DNA of 58,709 bases from Polymyxa betae A26-41 (Eukaryota; Protista; Endomyxa: Phytomyxea). The stretch covers positions 1-58,709 of the forward strand of contig RBZT01000357.1 in the NCBI GenBank assembly GCA_003693705.1. The letters are read 5' to 3'. Made by a program: the position numbers and the translations under genes. Every line of letters starts with the position of its first letter. Position 1 is the first letter of the stretch. The notes beneath the pieces were generated by a model. That model was not told the origin of the DNA. It saw only the letters and a list, made by a program, of their open reading frames with translations, and made no database searches. Shown here piece by piece: positions 39,856 to 53,600 of this stretch.

Positions 39856-42800
39856 TTAAGGTGTTAAAGTTTGTTGTACGACCAGGTCGTAGTACAAACC
39901 TCTGTTTTTAAATAATGTCTGATGATCCCCTTGTTCAACGACTACGCCATCCTTCAAAACATAGATCACATCTGCATGTTGAATGGTGCTTAATCTATGA
40001 GCAATGGCGACAGTTGTTCGACCCTTTGCTGCAGCATCTAATGCCTGTTGGACGACCTTCTCAGACTCTGTATCTAAAGCCGATGTTGCTTCATCAAGTA
40101 ATAATATCTTCGGATTCCTACATAACTGTCTTTAGAACAGGACTCGGAACAAAGCAGAAGATCCAATTGCATACCTGATTAATGCACGGGCAATGGCAAT
40201 TCGTTGCTTTTGGCCTCCAGATAATTGGGCTCCCTTCCCGCCTAAGCTTGTATTATAACCATTTGCCAGAGACAATATGAAATCATGGATATTGGCACTA
40301 CGGCAAGCAGATTCGATTTCTTCCATGGATGGAGTCTGATCGAGACCCAGACAGATATTCTCCAAAACAGTCATGTCAAAGAGATTAGGCTCCTGAGATA
40401 CCAATCCAACCATATTACGATAATGCCCGATATTCATATTGGCAATGTTAACATTATCGAGCAGAACCTCGCCTGAGGTCGGGTTATAAAACCTCTCTAA
40501 AAGCTGAATCGTCGTGCTCTTCCCACTACCACCTAAACACATGTCAACATTTAATTCGACATTCTTCAATACATTACTTGGTCCAACAAGGGCAATAAAA
40601 TGTCCCGGTTCAGCTTTGATATTAAGATTTTTTAAGACCACAATACCAGGTCTCTGTGGATAATGGAACATGACATTACGAAACTGCAAAGCGCCATGAA
40701 TTTCTTTCGGTTTTATGCCAGTCTCTGAATACGGATCGATGATCGTGTTCCTGTTCAATGTGGAAATGATAGATAAAGCAGATGATTTGGCTTTGTTTAT
40801 ATCTGGAGCAAACGCTAATATACGTCCAGCAGACATCGACCCGAACACGACAGCCTACAACATTTCTTACTTTCTTGAAACTTGAAATTCCAACTGATCT
40901 TACCACAAAAACAGTCATAAACTGTTTAATTCCATATCCTTCATATGCAAGTAAATGTCCACCATACCAAAATACTAAAGCGTTGATGATGAAGTTAATC
41001 GATTGTGCTAGTGCATACAGTATTGAATTAAGCCAAGCGTTTTTAAATCCTGAAAAGGAAACTGTCATCAACTCTGTTCTTGAATTGTATTGAAAGTTAC
41101 CATCTCTTAATGGTCCTTCCAGCATCTTATCATATTTACTTTGAACTTGTTTTTCATAAGTCAACGATTGAATTGTTTTGATGCCACTGGCAGCTTCACA
41201 AGCCAGTTGAGCACTCCTTTCATAGGCTCGTTTATTCTTCTCATAGAAGTAGACCATGATGCTCATTCGGAAGTATCCTGCACTGATTATAACAGGTAAG
41301 CAAGCAATGGCAACAAGGGCCAATTTCCAGCCATATATGAGGCCAATAACCATTCCTCCAATAAGATTGGTGAGAATCTGTCGTTATTACTTAAGACATA
41401 GATAATTGTTTCTATAAAATTCATACTTGTAATATAGTACCGAGTGTTGCTCCCGATGCACCTTGGATATTTTGAGCATCCGTTGATAATTTCGATGTCA
41501 GGGCTCCGGTCGAGTTTTCTTCCCTGTCAAAATAGGCGATTTCTTGTCGTAAAATAGCTGCAAACAGAAGTCGCCTATAGCCCAGATTTAATCTGACCTA
41601 ACAATCAGTATAACGTCATTATACCTTAATCGTTCGGTTAGATACGAAGATGACAATCCAAATAGAAACTGCTGCAGAAATGAGAATAAGAAGGTCCCAA
41701 TTCCAATAAGAAGAAAGACGAGCGACCACATGTAGGCATCATCCTTTAATCGAGGACCCGGGACAGCAAATACTTCAATTATAGACGATAATGCTATAGC
41801 GAAAATAGGATACGAGATGCCAATAACCATTGATCTGATACATCATTTAATAGCAGATTGATTGATAATGTTGCATCTTACGAAACTAATCCTGGAATGG
41901 AGAATTTCATCTCAGGGGCATTCAGCTTTAGTACACTGAGAAATATTCTAATTGCAGACCATGTGGCTGGGCTCTCTTCACCTAATTAAATATAATCAGA
42001 ACTCTGTATAATCCATTCAAATAATTGTTACTTTCACCCATATCAACTTCTACATATTCTTTGCCATTGTCACTAACTTTTCGTGATAAGCTTCTACGAG
42101 GTTGTGCTGCTTCTTCAGCTGGCAGCTATACCAACATTTAATTCAATTAATTTTGTGATATGATATTTACGTACAGATCCAGATCCCTCTGATTCCATTT
42201 TAGTACTGAGACTTTGTGCTTCAACAAGTTTCGCATATAAGCCCTTGGCTTCTATTAACGATGCATGAGTCCCCGTTTCAACGATTTCACCACTTCTCAT
42301 AACGACAATCATATCAGCATTCTTAACTGTTGACAGTCTGTGAGCGACCACGATCGACGTATGCGATTTCGCCACTTCATCCTATTTTATGAGTATCAAA
42401 GTGAAGTATTTTGGAAATGATTTAACTAATACCAGTGTTTTCTGAACGGCAGCTTCCGAGTTGGAATCAAGAGCGGCAGTGGCTTCATCAAAAAGAAGAA
42501 TTGTGGGATTATTGACAATGGCACGAGCAATGGCAATTCTTTGTTTCTGTCCTCCTGATAGAAGTGCACCACGAGTTCCCACCTAATTACTTTCAATCGA
42601 TATAATTAAGAGAATATTGGCGATACTTTTACCTGTGTGTCGTATGTCTCAGGGAGATTCATAATAAAATCATGAGCATTTGCTTGACGACAAGCACTCT
42701 CAACCTTTGCTTGTATTTCCTCTTTAGACCTGCGGAAACCACATTTAATCACGGTTACGAACGCCATTAGACTTGGTACAATTTCTGGCCGGCGATACCG

Positions 42801-44911
42801 TAAGCAACGTTCTCGGTGACCGATCCTTCAAACAGGATAGGTTCTTGCTGAACAAATCCAATCTGCTGACGAAGCCAGTGGACTTGCAGCATGTTCAAAG
42901 GTTTCCCATCAAGCGTAACCGAGCCGGCGTCCGGATCGTAAAATCGTTCAATAAGCTGAACAATGGTGGATTTGCCAGAACCCGATGGTCCAACAAGTGC
43001 AACCGTTGTGCCGGGTTTAATCGTAAGATTCACTTTCTTCAAAACCTTGCCAATATTCAATTATGTGTTTTACAGCCAAAAAATCCAATGAGATTACTTT
43101 AGTCTCAGGGCGAGCTGGATATGTGAACTGTAATCAGTCAATAATTAGAATGGATAAAAAGTCTCATAAACCAACCTCAACATCTTTTAACTCAATCTTT
43201 CCTTTTAAATCTGTTATAATATCTCCATTCTCATCGTAAGGATCAATCGACGGAACTCTATCTATTGTTTGAAAAACGGTCGCAGCTGCACTTCGGCCAA
43301 GAGCAAATGCCTTCAATACTGGTCATATTTTGATGAGCAGATTCCACTCCATAGACCAACCTGCATTTCTGGAGCGACTTGACCGAGAGAAAATGACCCA
43401 ATTAAAACAGCAAAGAAAACATTAACGACAGCACCAGTTGTGATTTCATTGTTTTGTATAAGATGATAGCTGTACCAGAAGGTTAACGAATATCCACAGT
43501 AAATGAAGCCGTTCAGGAGTCCCATCCCGAGCCCAGAGGCAGCTTCCTTCTTTATCTGTGCTTCTGTAGCCCCAGATATATTGGCATTATAACGAGCTGA
43601 GACTCGATGTTGAGCTCCAAATGCAGTTACTGTCCGAACAGCAGCTAATGTCTCCTGAATAACATGTTCACAATCTGAATAAATGTTTGCAGAGATACGG
43701 GAACCTCTGCTAAAGTTCCTGCTTTGGAATACTTTCCAAGGATGATAACTTGAAACTTTCCTGCGATTACATTACTAACTCCAGCAGCCAGAACAATCAA
43801 TGGAATAACAGCCAGCAGGACTAAAGTTAGACGCCATGATCGATAGAATGCTAGACCAAATCCAGCAAGAAAAGTGGCAATTTGAGTGGCAGCCAAAGAT
43901 ACCTATCATATGATAATAAATAGGACAGACAATATGGCTCTGTTATTGTCATGTTTACCTTCTCACTAACAGCATCTTGTATCAATAATGTATCTGATGT
44001 AAGTCGTGTAGTGATCTCTCCAGCCCCAACATTGTCGAACCAGGCGATATTTTGTCGAAGAACCGCACGCAGGTAATTTCGACGAATAATGTGGACTTGA
44101 CGTTCTCCGGTATGAACGAATGCAGCAACAGCCAGATATGTGAAGGTTATTTCAGCAGCTTATGGGAACAATAATAAGCACAATCTTCCATTATAAAGGA
44201 AATTCGTTTGGTGAATACTGCTAACCTGCTAGATATAGAAAAAAGAACGACTTTGAGGTCACTGCTGATGTCAATTCTTCAGGTGCCAGTAAACGCCTTT
44301 GCCATAAAGCAAATGTGTCGATAAGATCGCCGAAAATCAATCTGCCATCTCTCGCGTCAAAATAGAACCAAATTGAGTATGATACTATACTGACGTTGTA
44401 AGTGGATAGAGCATGCCTGAGAGGACACCGCTGATCATTCCTATTACGTTAAGAACAATCTCATTTCTTTCTGCATATCGAAAGAGACTCTGCAGAGCAA
44501 GATGAAAAAGGTATTTTGTCAAACAAAGAAAATCGGACCAGAAACGGAATCGGAGCCGGCTTATTGGCAGGCATCGTCCGGATGAAATGCCAATTTGCAG
44601 AGGTCGGATTCAGACAAGTTTGACTGATATTGTTCTGGAAAGAACTTGTATGAATATGGTTCTGGAAGTCTATTGAGTAAGGTGACACATCAGTCAACAG
44701 TAGATACAGATCCAGTTCCGATCCGACTGGCTGTGTGAATGTTTCCAGTTCGACAGTTTCAACCACTGTGAAACTGTCTGCTGATTTCTGCTACAACACT
44801 TGAAATTATACGTCATTGATTACCGATCCGGTTCAGAGGAACGGAGGCACCATCCACTAAATCGATTTCTACATTCAAGTTTTTATATAAACGTCTAATA
44901 GTAGCTGACAT
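39856..44911 (-). CDS. Full-length ABCB (MDR/P-glycoprotein) transporter, multi-exon
   Basis: TMD-NBD-TMD-NBD arrangement; Walker [10 protein letters not shown] (the second split by an intron), two [14 protein letters not shown] signatures and DEAT Walker B motifs. Start approximate. Confidence 0.95.
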
Positions 44912-45161
44912 TTATGACATATGATTCCACCTTGTGCTGTACTAGGCAAACGTTGGGCTGAGATTTGAGGAAGTTTAGTTTCAGGATGCAATTCCCTACA
45001 TTCTAATATTATTGGTATAGAGAGTACAAACTGTAAACGTTCGGGTTTCCCTTACAGGTAAGATTGCGCATGTTAGAATGTGCGGCGCGGGCTTTGTCCT
45101 GGTTTGAGTATCACCTCACCTCCAGTATCATCCATCTTTCATTTATTGTTATTCCACAACT

Positions 45162-46779
45162 ATGACCGAGCTGACTGTCGAACAGCAAATCGCTGCTCAG
45201 GCCGAAGTCGATCTTAAAACTCATGGAGAATCACCTTCGATGACTGCTGAGCAGTACCGAGAGCAAGGTGCCCAGGCTCTTGCTAAGAATGAGATGGAGA
45301 CTGCCATTGATTTCTTTTCGAAGGCCCTACAAGCTAAGGTTTATATCTGTTATCGAGTCATACTTGTTGCTGTTAATATAATGTAGATCGCTGAAACTGG
45401 CAACGAACTAGATTCTGAATGCGCCACGTATTACTTTGACTATGGAGATGCTATGTTGCAGCAATGCAGTCAAAAAAGCGATGTTTTCGGCGGTGCCATC
45501 AAACAAGCACAAAAACAGGTCGCTGTTGAGATGATTGAGGAGACCAAAAATGAAGAGGGTGACGACGACGAAGAGAAAGAAGCGGGCGCGAACGAAACTG
45601 AGAATGATGACGTCGCGAATGAAAAAGAGACTGCTGACAATGAACCCGCTACAGAAAATGCCGATGTCAAGGAAGTTGACGAAGACGTAGCTGAGCGAGA
45701 AGAAGCCAACGAGCCTGAAGACGAGGAAGATGAAGAAGAGGGCGATGCCGCCGAGGAAGACATTGAGGATACTGACAATCCAACAGACCTTGAAGTTGCT
45801 TGGGAGCTTCTGGAAACGTAGCAATACTTTCTCTGTTGGTTGACATCCAATAACATTCTTTAGGGCTCGTGTAATATTCAGTCGAATGGACAAGAAAGAG
45901 CCTTCGGCACTATTTGGACTTGCAGATTGCTATAGTAGATTGGGTGATTTGGCTTTGGAGAATGATACTGATGCTATCGCTGATTATACCAATTGCTTGT
46001 CTACTTTGAGCTCCATTACGGTATAGAATCATTTCATGAACCAACCTCTCTTGGCTAATGTTTATTGTAGGATGAAGAATCACTTTCATCGTCGCAGCTC
46101 CAAATCAAGAACCGTGCTTTAGGTGCTGTTAATTTCAAGATGGCGATTGCCAATTCGTTGACAGGCGAATCGTCGAGTGCCCTTTCGCAATTCCAGGTAT
46201 GCTGAATCGTTGTCCTGTTGGCAATTTTTTCTCAAATATTTCAGGATGCTCAAAAATTCTTACTGAATGTTGCTGAATTAATTCTTGGAAGGTCTTTAAC
46301 GAGGTTTGCCATTCGATTTTTGTTTTACGCCCACTTCGGCTGATTTTTGCTAGCAGTGGAAAGTCAGAAGCCGGGTCCGAAGCCATCCCGATTGCAGCGA
46401 TTAAAGAAGCTGCCTCCTCTCTGGACGAGAAACGTAGCAGTGAAGTTAATGATCTGGTTGACCTTTTGCAGAAAATTCAGGAAAAAATCGAGGTTATCGC
46501 GTCTTTTTTTGTCTCATGGTTAGATTGTTAAACTGTATTTAGGATCTACTTGTCGCCGAACCCATGAAATCGACTGAAGTAACTTCAATCGTGAATGAGA
46601 TTATGGCCGATGCCGCAGCAGCTGCTGGTGTCTCCAACGGTTTCGAACCCTCCAGGGATTCTGCCGGTGATTCCAACGAGATTAACGACCTTGGCACGAT
46701 TGTGGGTCAGAAACGCAAGATTGCTGAGGAAACCGAGGTTGAACAGCCTACAAAGGTCGCGAAACCTGACGACATTTAA
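45162..46779 (+). CDS. NASP: NASP/Sim3/Hif1-family histone chaperone (SHNi-TPR), multi-exon
   Basis: TPR2 interrupted by a long acidic tract (YFDYGDAMLQ...DVFG...[D/E-rich]...DLEVAWELLETARVIF), LGDLALEND, and basic C-terminal NLS-like GQKRK. Confidence 0.88.
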
Positions 46780-46942
46780 GGCATCATTCATAATTTCTAA
46801 CTGTCATTAAAACTTGTTTATTACTTTGTGCCCTGATTCTATCTCGAAGTCGAATGTGTGATTTGTTGATGGTAACAACAGTTAGCAGCGGCCTCCCCTC
46901 TGCTATAGATACTTCACTGTGATAATTTGCAGTCAGATATCA

Positions 46943-47305
46943 ATGCAGAGTTCATTCCCGTTTCGTCTATGTTGTGGTCGCTGTCTGACAACAAAAGCCT
47001 TGTTATTGCTAACTCTAACCACTGCTCTGTCGATCATATCGCTGACTTCGCTGATGATTAAACACCGTCATGGGTTTCCTTCATGGCGGACTCGATTCGT
47101 GACGGGCTGCGATGGAATTTTTATCTCCTTGGATCGTTTAAACGATGACTATTGCGATTGCCCTGATGGATCAGACGAGCCGTTGACGTCAGCCTGCGCT
47201 CATATACCTGAACAGCGCTTTCGATGCCGATCTCAAGAAACTATCTGGTCAACGATGGTCAAAGACACGATCTGTGATTGTTCTGATTGCTCTGACGAAC
47301 ACTAA
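46943..47305 (+). CDS. Small membrane-anchored protein with a stand-alone glucosidase II beta (PRKCSH) N-terminal LDLa-like domain
   Basis: Hydrophobic segment followed by CDG...[20 protein letters not shown]...FRC...[14 protein letters not shown]; no MRH domain or HDEL. Confidence 0.85.
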   Translation: MQSSFPFRLCCGRCLTTKALLLLTLTTALSIISLTSLMIKHRHGFPSWRTRFVTGCDGIFISLDRLNDDYCDCPDGSDEPLTSACAHIPEQRFRCRSQETIWSTMVKDTICDCSDCSDEH

Positions 47306-48168
47306 GCTCGCTTCTCCATCAGCAGCAGTACAGGCTGTACATTTGATTGCAATGTTTTGGATACATTTTGCCTTATTTGGCTCAATGCAAAGGAGCGCGG
47401 TTTACATCTTAAGATGTTTATCATTCAGTCAGTCGCGTTATTGCAATTTACTTGCTACGCCAAATTTGCTGCTTCCAATTTTGTTTCCAACGTGCGAATA
47501 TTGTTGCTGGCTAAAGCCATTTCATTACTCAGTTTGTGGTCTCTTTCTTATGGATCATGATGCTCTTATTCACTTATTCGTCATTGAATGCTGGGTGGAT
47601 GCAATCAGATTATCAGGTACAGCCACAAGGTAATTAACACTCAATTTCATTTCTACGTGCTATCTGACTGTAAATCATGTGAAGTAGGAGCTTGTTCTCT
47701 GGTCGAACTTTTTCAGCGAACAGGCGATGCTCTCATCTGTTTCCTCCACATTTCACACCATTTCAGGGTCCAACCCATTGTATCTGGATGGTAAACGTCC
47801 GAATTTCTTGAGTTCTTTTCTGTGCTTGCTTGTGAACAAACATTCGGTTCTTCCAGGCAATCGAACAAGGTGTTTTTTTATTTGCGAAAATCAATGATAA
47901 AACTTTGAAGAATGAACAAATTCCCGCTCCTGCTTGTAATGAGATCTCGGCCATTTTCCAAAACATCATCGCCTCCTTGTATGACCGTTATGTGAAACTC
48001 GTAGCACGTCATTTACCAGTCTCGAGGCATTCCATAGAATGATAACAAAAAGTTGCAAGAACTCGATCTAGTTCAGTGTTTGACAGATCCTGATACTAAT
48101 GCAATATATCGATTAACTCAACCACTTACCTTCAAGTTTGAATTGTCTGCAACGGCCCTTCCAATCAT
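47302..48168 (-). CDS. Hypothetical multi-exon protein, partly coiled-coil
   Basis: ATG followed by a strong AAG|GTAAGT donor; open exon-like segments ([15 protein letters not shown]; [21 protein letters not shown]; VLLLMEKRA*). No family recognised and exon chain not fully resolved. Confidence 0.45.
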
Positions 48169-48369
48169 GTTGCCATCTGGGACTTTATCGCCCCTTAATG
48201 CATAGGCTGGTCTGTCTTTACAAGCTGCGTTCGGGGTGCTTCTATCACGGTCGAGTGATAGATAAATGGTGGGGAAAAGCTGACCGAGGACTTCAACAGT
48301 ATTGGGTGATGGCTCTGCACAAGATTGGATACATAGTTCGTAACTTATTGGTTAGCCAAATTTCGTATA

Positions 48370-48912
48370 CAGTATATTAAAACCCTGAAACATTTTCTCA
48401 GGGTTTAGGGTGCTAGAGACCTTCAGCGTTCAGGGTCTTATTCTTAGGCCTTAAGCAGCGTTTCAGGGTCTTAACATTATGAAAAAATAGCGGTTTTTAT
48501 TATTTTTTGAGATGAAAGTCTGGCTCAAAATCTAACCTCATGCGAATAAAGGTTGATTCCTTAATACACTTACGAGCGCGGTCCGCTAGAACCGCCATAT
48601 AGGCTCTAGGACCGATAGGTTACAGTAACAGTCACATCCAGCAGAAACGTTAAATACATTGATCCAGTGATCCTACTAAAACTAAAAGACCGTGTTGCTA
48701 AAATCTTCGAAAACACATCAATATAATGATATTTTCTAAAAATCCTTCAATTTTCAGGTTTATTGCTTCTGTTAAGACCCTGAAAGCACAATATTCCGGG
48801 GATTTTTTTGTTAAGACCCTGAAACCATTCTGAAAGTAGGGTTCAGGGTGTTAAGCCATCAAATTCAGGGTTAAGGGCTTATTAAAAATTGTCTTAACAA
48901 AAAAAAAAACTG
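48370..48912. mobile_element. Probable TA-flanked MITE with inverted arrays of subterminal motifs
   Basis: TA|CAGT...ACTG|TA termini; repeated TTCAGGGTCTTA(A)/(T)TAAGACCCTGAA motifs in opposite orientations near the two ends; AT-rich, non-coding. TIRs are imperfect. Confidence 0.65.
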
Positions 48913-48949
48913 TATTTATTAACGAGAGTAAGAATGTCCCCCTAATCTA

Positions 48950-50300
48950 TACAGTGGTACCAATGATTAGATACAACTGCTCAAACAAGGGGTCTTTTAA
49001 TATACCAGTCGAATAGGAAGAACCTTATGCTATGATATTATTTGCATGATTCTGCTGGAAAATTTCGCTGGGTGGCTAACATCATATCTGACAAATCTAA
49101 AATAGCAATTAGGATGCCTGCAATAACCATAGAGGGAACAGAAATTTCAACTAGAGAGCTCAGGCAGTATGAATACCTTTTAGCAGAAATCATCTTCTAT
49201 AAAAGAATTGCCAAATAAAACAAATTTCGTCACAGCGCAAAACCAAACAAAATGCGATTACACTTACAGAATATATCGATGCTAGAATACAATCACGCCA
49301 TACACAATCCAATCATGACGACATTACAATCATCGTCGTCATGATTGAGCCAGTATGAGACGAAAATGTTTAATGAGCAGCTCTACCCCAGAAGTAGGTC
49401 CGTGACGGACTATGATTCAATTCCGCGCTGTAACGTTTAATATAGCGCAGCTGCCCTAAACCTAAATCCTGTTAAGCATTTACTAAAATGTAAAAAGCTG
49501 AAAGTAGCAAAATAGGCGCAAAAGGATGCCATAATTTCTGAACAATGTTTCAGAAGGTATCAGATATCAGGTATTTGGATCAATCAGCTAATGTTGCACT
49601 TACATAAGAAAATTCAAGATTTTAAGAAACCACAATAATCGGATCTTTTTTAATGGGGAGACAGACGGATGCGAAAATATGATAAGGGTCTGATTTCATG
49701 TTGACAGTGGCGATAGAACAGCTCGTACTATGCATGATTCACGAACTCGAAGTAATAGAGAATTTCGGTCATGACTCCGAAAGACAACCACGATATCCAC
49801 GAAGGCTGATTTTCAGTAAAGGTAATTGAATTTGAATGTAGTACCGATACTATCGTGCCTTTCAACATGATTGGTCGACACAATGGGTGGCACTTGGCGG
49901 CTCTCTTTAATATTACGAGACCGGGGTCTACAACACTGATTATTACTACTGTATCTTGAAAGAAAAAGATTTGTGCAACTCCCTGTATAAATTGGTCCAG
50001 TTACTACTCTGTTTACGTGGGCAAATCTCTGCTAATTTTTACAAAACTTGGCGTGATCCCAATGATAGTAACCAATTCTTGACGGCGAGTTCCAGATTAT
50101 CAGCCGCAAAACAGCTCCGGTATGCTGCTACCTCATGAATGATCCAGCTGCGGACGGCTTTACTGCCGAAAGATTTCAAAGCTGGATACCAATAATGGAC
50201 GATGTTTTTGTTCCATATTGTGTTGATTTTACGCTTCAAAGAAGATAGTATCTTTCTCTTATAGGGATTTGATCCACCGATTTAGGTTCGGAAGAGGCGT
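48950..50300 (+). mobile_element. Decayed transposon-like sequence
   Basis: TA|CAGTGGTAC terminus-like start. Stop-ridden fragments such as KHLLKCKK, LHKKIQDF and LSLILRD are weakly reminiscent of BED-finger/DUF659 hAT transposases. No matching right end found. Confidence 0.3.
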
Positions 50301-50649
50301 CGTCTAATTTTACAACCAACTCTGGCACGGCCGGACCTCCGGTCCCGCCATCTCCTTCAACAGGATGCGCATTATACTCCATTCCAATCCTTGCTCGGTG
50401 TCCTGAACCTCAATATTAGCAGAAAAGCGGTTCTGAAGCTGAAAAACTCGTGCGCACACCACGCAGTTTTCGAATGATAACGCCCATTTGTGCTTTGGTC
50501 GAACTGTCGTCGAGTCACGGATAGTTTGCGTCGTTGCGTATGTGATTTTGTATTTAAATTCTATTTTAATCGTATAGCAGTGTGAGAGAAGAGATATACT
50601 ACGAGTATTTTCCAGCAGCCTAATGATCATCATGCGGTAGCAATAGGTT

Positions 50650-53600
50650 AGCGCTAGCTCCCACCAGTGATCCTCTAAATCAACAATTTTCAACTGCTAA
50701 AAGGAGTTATATCTAGGCAAGAAGTTTACTTGTTGTAAGGCTTGCTGTTGTTTCATAAACTTCTGATTAGCAATCAAGGAGCGTACAGGTGCTGCCAAAA
50801 TCGTGAATGCGAAAGACGCCCATGAAATCCCATTGAATATGATGAGAATAACGGTGCCAAGTATTTCTGGGAGCCCATTCTGTGTCGAATTTAGTTACCC
50901 AGCAAATACTAATAACTGGGAAACAATATCATACAGCAAGTAAAATGGCAGTAGTGACATTAACAGTATTGGTGACCTGGGACAAGATTTCCAATAAGCT
51001 TTCATATTTGTCCTGTAAACCTGACATCAGAAAACCATGCTCAACACTTTACATTTAAAGACAATACCTGGAACGGACGGAACATAATAGCAATAGCCGC
51101 TGAACAAAAGACAATAGCATTGCCGATGAAAAGTTTGGAGTTGCGGACAAGGAAATCTTGAGGAACGAACATCGACATGAGGACCACTAATAGTTTTTGG
51201 AACATCTGTAATAGTTTGAAATATCGAAATCGTCGTTGGTAGGATCCGTAGAGGTAAGTTTGAGGTACTGGGTTTTGTGCCACCTGTTAAACAGTTTGAT
51301 AACCAGAACGTGCTATCTATTCCATAAACGGGCAGAAAATGCAGCCAACGCAGGTTAGCACGTTGAATCAAGCCATGAAAAGTCTGGATAAAAGCAGATA
51401 AACGAAGCACGGATTCCAGAAGAGAAGATATATAAAAGAAGCAGGATGTGTACAGGAAATCACATAGCACAAATGTGAATGTGCTTACCTCATTGGCGTA
51501 AAATGTGTCAAGGTGTTCGCGGGCGTCTTTCACTTTTTTTTGAATTTCTTTATCGTGCTTAGCCTGTTTGCTAAGGACCGATATCAGCTCGTTGTACCTG
51601 TCGTCAATCACAGATGTTAGCAGATAGTCAAAACAGCACGTGCTAACAGATAGAAAGAACTTACACTGCAGCTTCATCCGCATATCCATGAGAATCGATC
51701 ATTTTGGTGGCTTTTGAAATCAAGCGACCGAAGAACCAAGGAAGCCCGACAATGTAGATTACCGAGAACCCTGCCAAAAGAGTTAGCGCACGAATCAACA
51801 GGGTCGTGGTAAATACCAAAAGCAGTATACTGGACCGTATACAGTTGTTTACTGGGGCAATCTCGATCTGGGTAGATGACAAGATGGTCGCCATCGCACT
51901 GCAATTCTGTTTGAGCAAAGGGCTAAGTTAAAGAAGATGATTGTACCTGGAACTGTTGCATAATGACACGAGCCACTGGCAGAAACAGAATTGTCAGAGC
52001 AAACAAAGATACACGACGTAAGAAGTAGGTCCTTTTGTACCACCACCGCAGGAAATCATTTGGATCAACATTGATGCAGTTGGCTCGAAACCGCTGCGGC
52101 AAATAAGAACATGCATGGATCAAGAGGCAATTCTGTACCCAAGCAAAAACGGACCAGAACATTATGATCGCCACCACCGGCGCGATGATCGTCACGAACA
52201 ATCCGTTAAAATTGCCATTAGGAACTTGGCCCGATGTAACCAGATCGATATTCTCCGAATACATAAAGGTGCAGATGCCGGCGCTGATAATGCACCATAG
52301 CACAAGTATCGATATGGCCTGATTTTACTGTTCACCTCATGCACACAACGATTATCTCAAGCTATGTGCTCACTTTCGATTTCGACGATTTCCAGTTCGT
52401 TACGAACCCTCGTCGGAACGCTTCAACATCAAGCGAGTCTCCGACACAGTAGATACCGATGAAGACCAGAGGCATTGCCAGGATAATGACGTATTTAACC
52501 ACAGCCAAATCTCTCCAGTGAAGTGGAAAAATGACGTCAACATCTACTGACAAAAGGAGAAACTGAACTCAGTTAAATAAATCACGAGTTGCAATTTCTG
52601 GCGGTATAGCTCACATATCCGGACAGATTAACCCACAGTTTGGGCCACTTAATATTCAGATTGAAAGAGATGGCATACATAAGTGAATACATCTGTAGGA
52701 AGTTGATCATGATTTCAATCTATGGTTAAGTAAAGACGGATCAGAAGTTGCAAGACGAAGGAGCGATATTGAACGACCTTTCCCAGTACCGATCCAGTAA
52801 CCTGAAGCAATGGTGCAGCGGCTATTGTTTCAACTTTCTGACCAGCCTCGTGGGCAACGTTAGCGGCGACGCCAAGGTTGGCTTTGAGTTGATCGCCAGC
52901 ACCACCAGCTTCTGTCGTCGACATAGTGCCAGACAAGGTTTTGTTATCAGAGAACTCGGGTCCATTTTGGGTATTCTTCCGGGCTTCAGCTGCTGTAAAC
53001 TTATGATGCTGGGCCTTAGCCTTGTCTTTTGTTGCCACCCAGCCGCCCTTATGTACCCTGCTGCAATTATGAATTAGTAAGGAATTCTTAGGCAATATAA
53101 TCCTAAGCCAAAACCTGGTGCCGCCAGCTCGCGATTCCTCTTTCTGTACGAATTCGATGGCGTTCAAGCGCTCATCATCGGATATGGGCTCGTCATCTAA
53201 TGTTAGCAACGTTCGCCCAAGGCCAAAGATAATGTACTGTCTGAGAGCGGAGCCATCATTGAGCATTATGCAGTGCAAATAGTGAAACTCTGACCTGTAG
53301 TTCAGGATGCGCCTCTCGCCGCGATTCCATTGATTGCCGCTGGATTTCAAGTTAGTGACGGTGCGAAGTTCCGCTAAAGCAGCAATAACGTAGAAAAACA
53401 GCTCAGCGGCGATATTCTTGTTACTAATATCCACATAAACACATTGATTCGGTCCAACTCCAGCAATATTCCATAGAAACTCTGCCATTTGGACAAATAA
53501 GCTTAATACAGCAAATAATGCCGACGCCTTACGTTGGGCTTCAAGCTGCATTCCCTCAAGGACATTTGGATTAGGCTGTTCATCGATCGAAGTGACACCC

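Noticed and set aside
45408-45893. Minus-strand ORFs with hydrophobic or poly-Ser content
   Set aside because: Antisense of the NASP acidic tract (GAA/GAC codons).
46943-47305. PRKCSH-like ORF as a truncated pseudogene or novelty
   Set aside because: Intact ORF; short membrane-anchored proteins with only this domain are known in other eukaryotes.
48370-48912. Repeats as a CRISPR array or true telomere
   Set aside because: Eukaryotic context, irregular spacing, inverted orientation, no cas genes, and not a tandem telomeric tract.
50310-50693. 127-aa minus-strand ORF
   Set aside because: No ATG start or recognisable motif; may partly be the last exon or 3' UTR of the LRR-TM gene.
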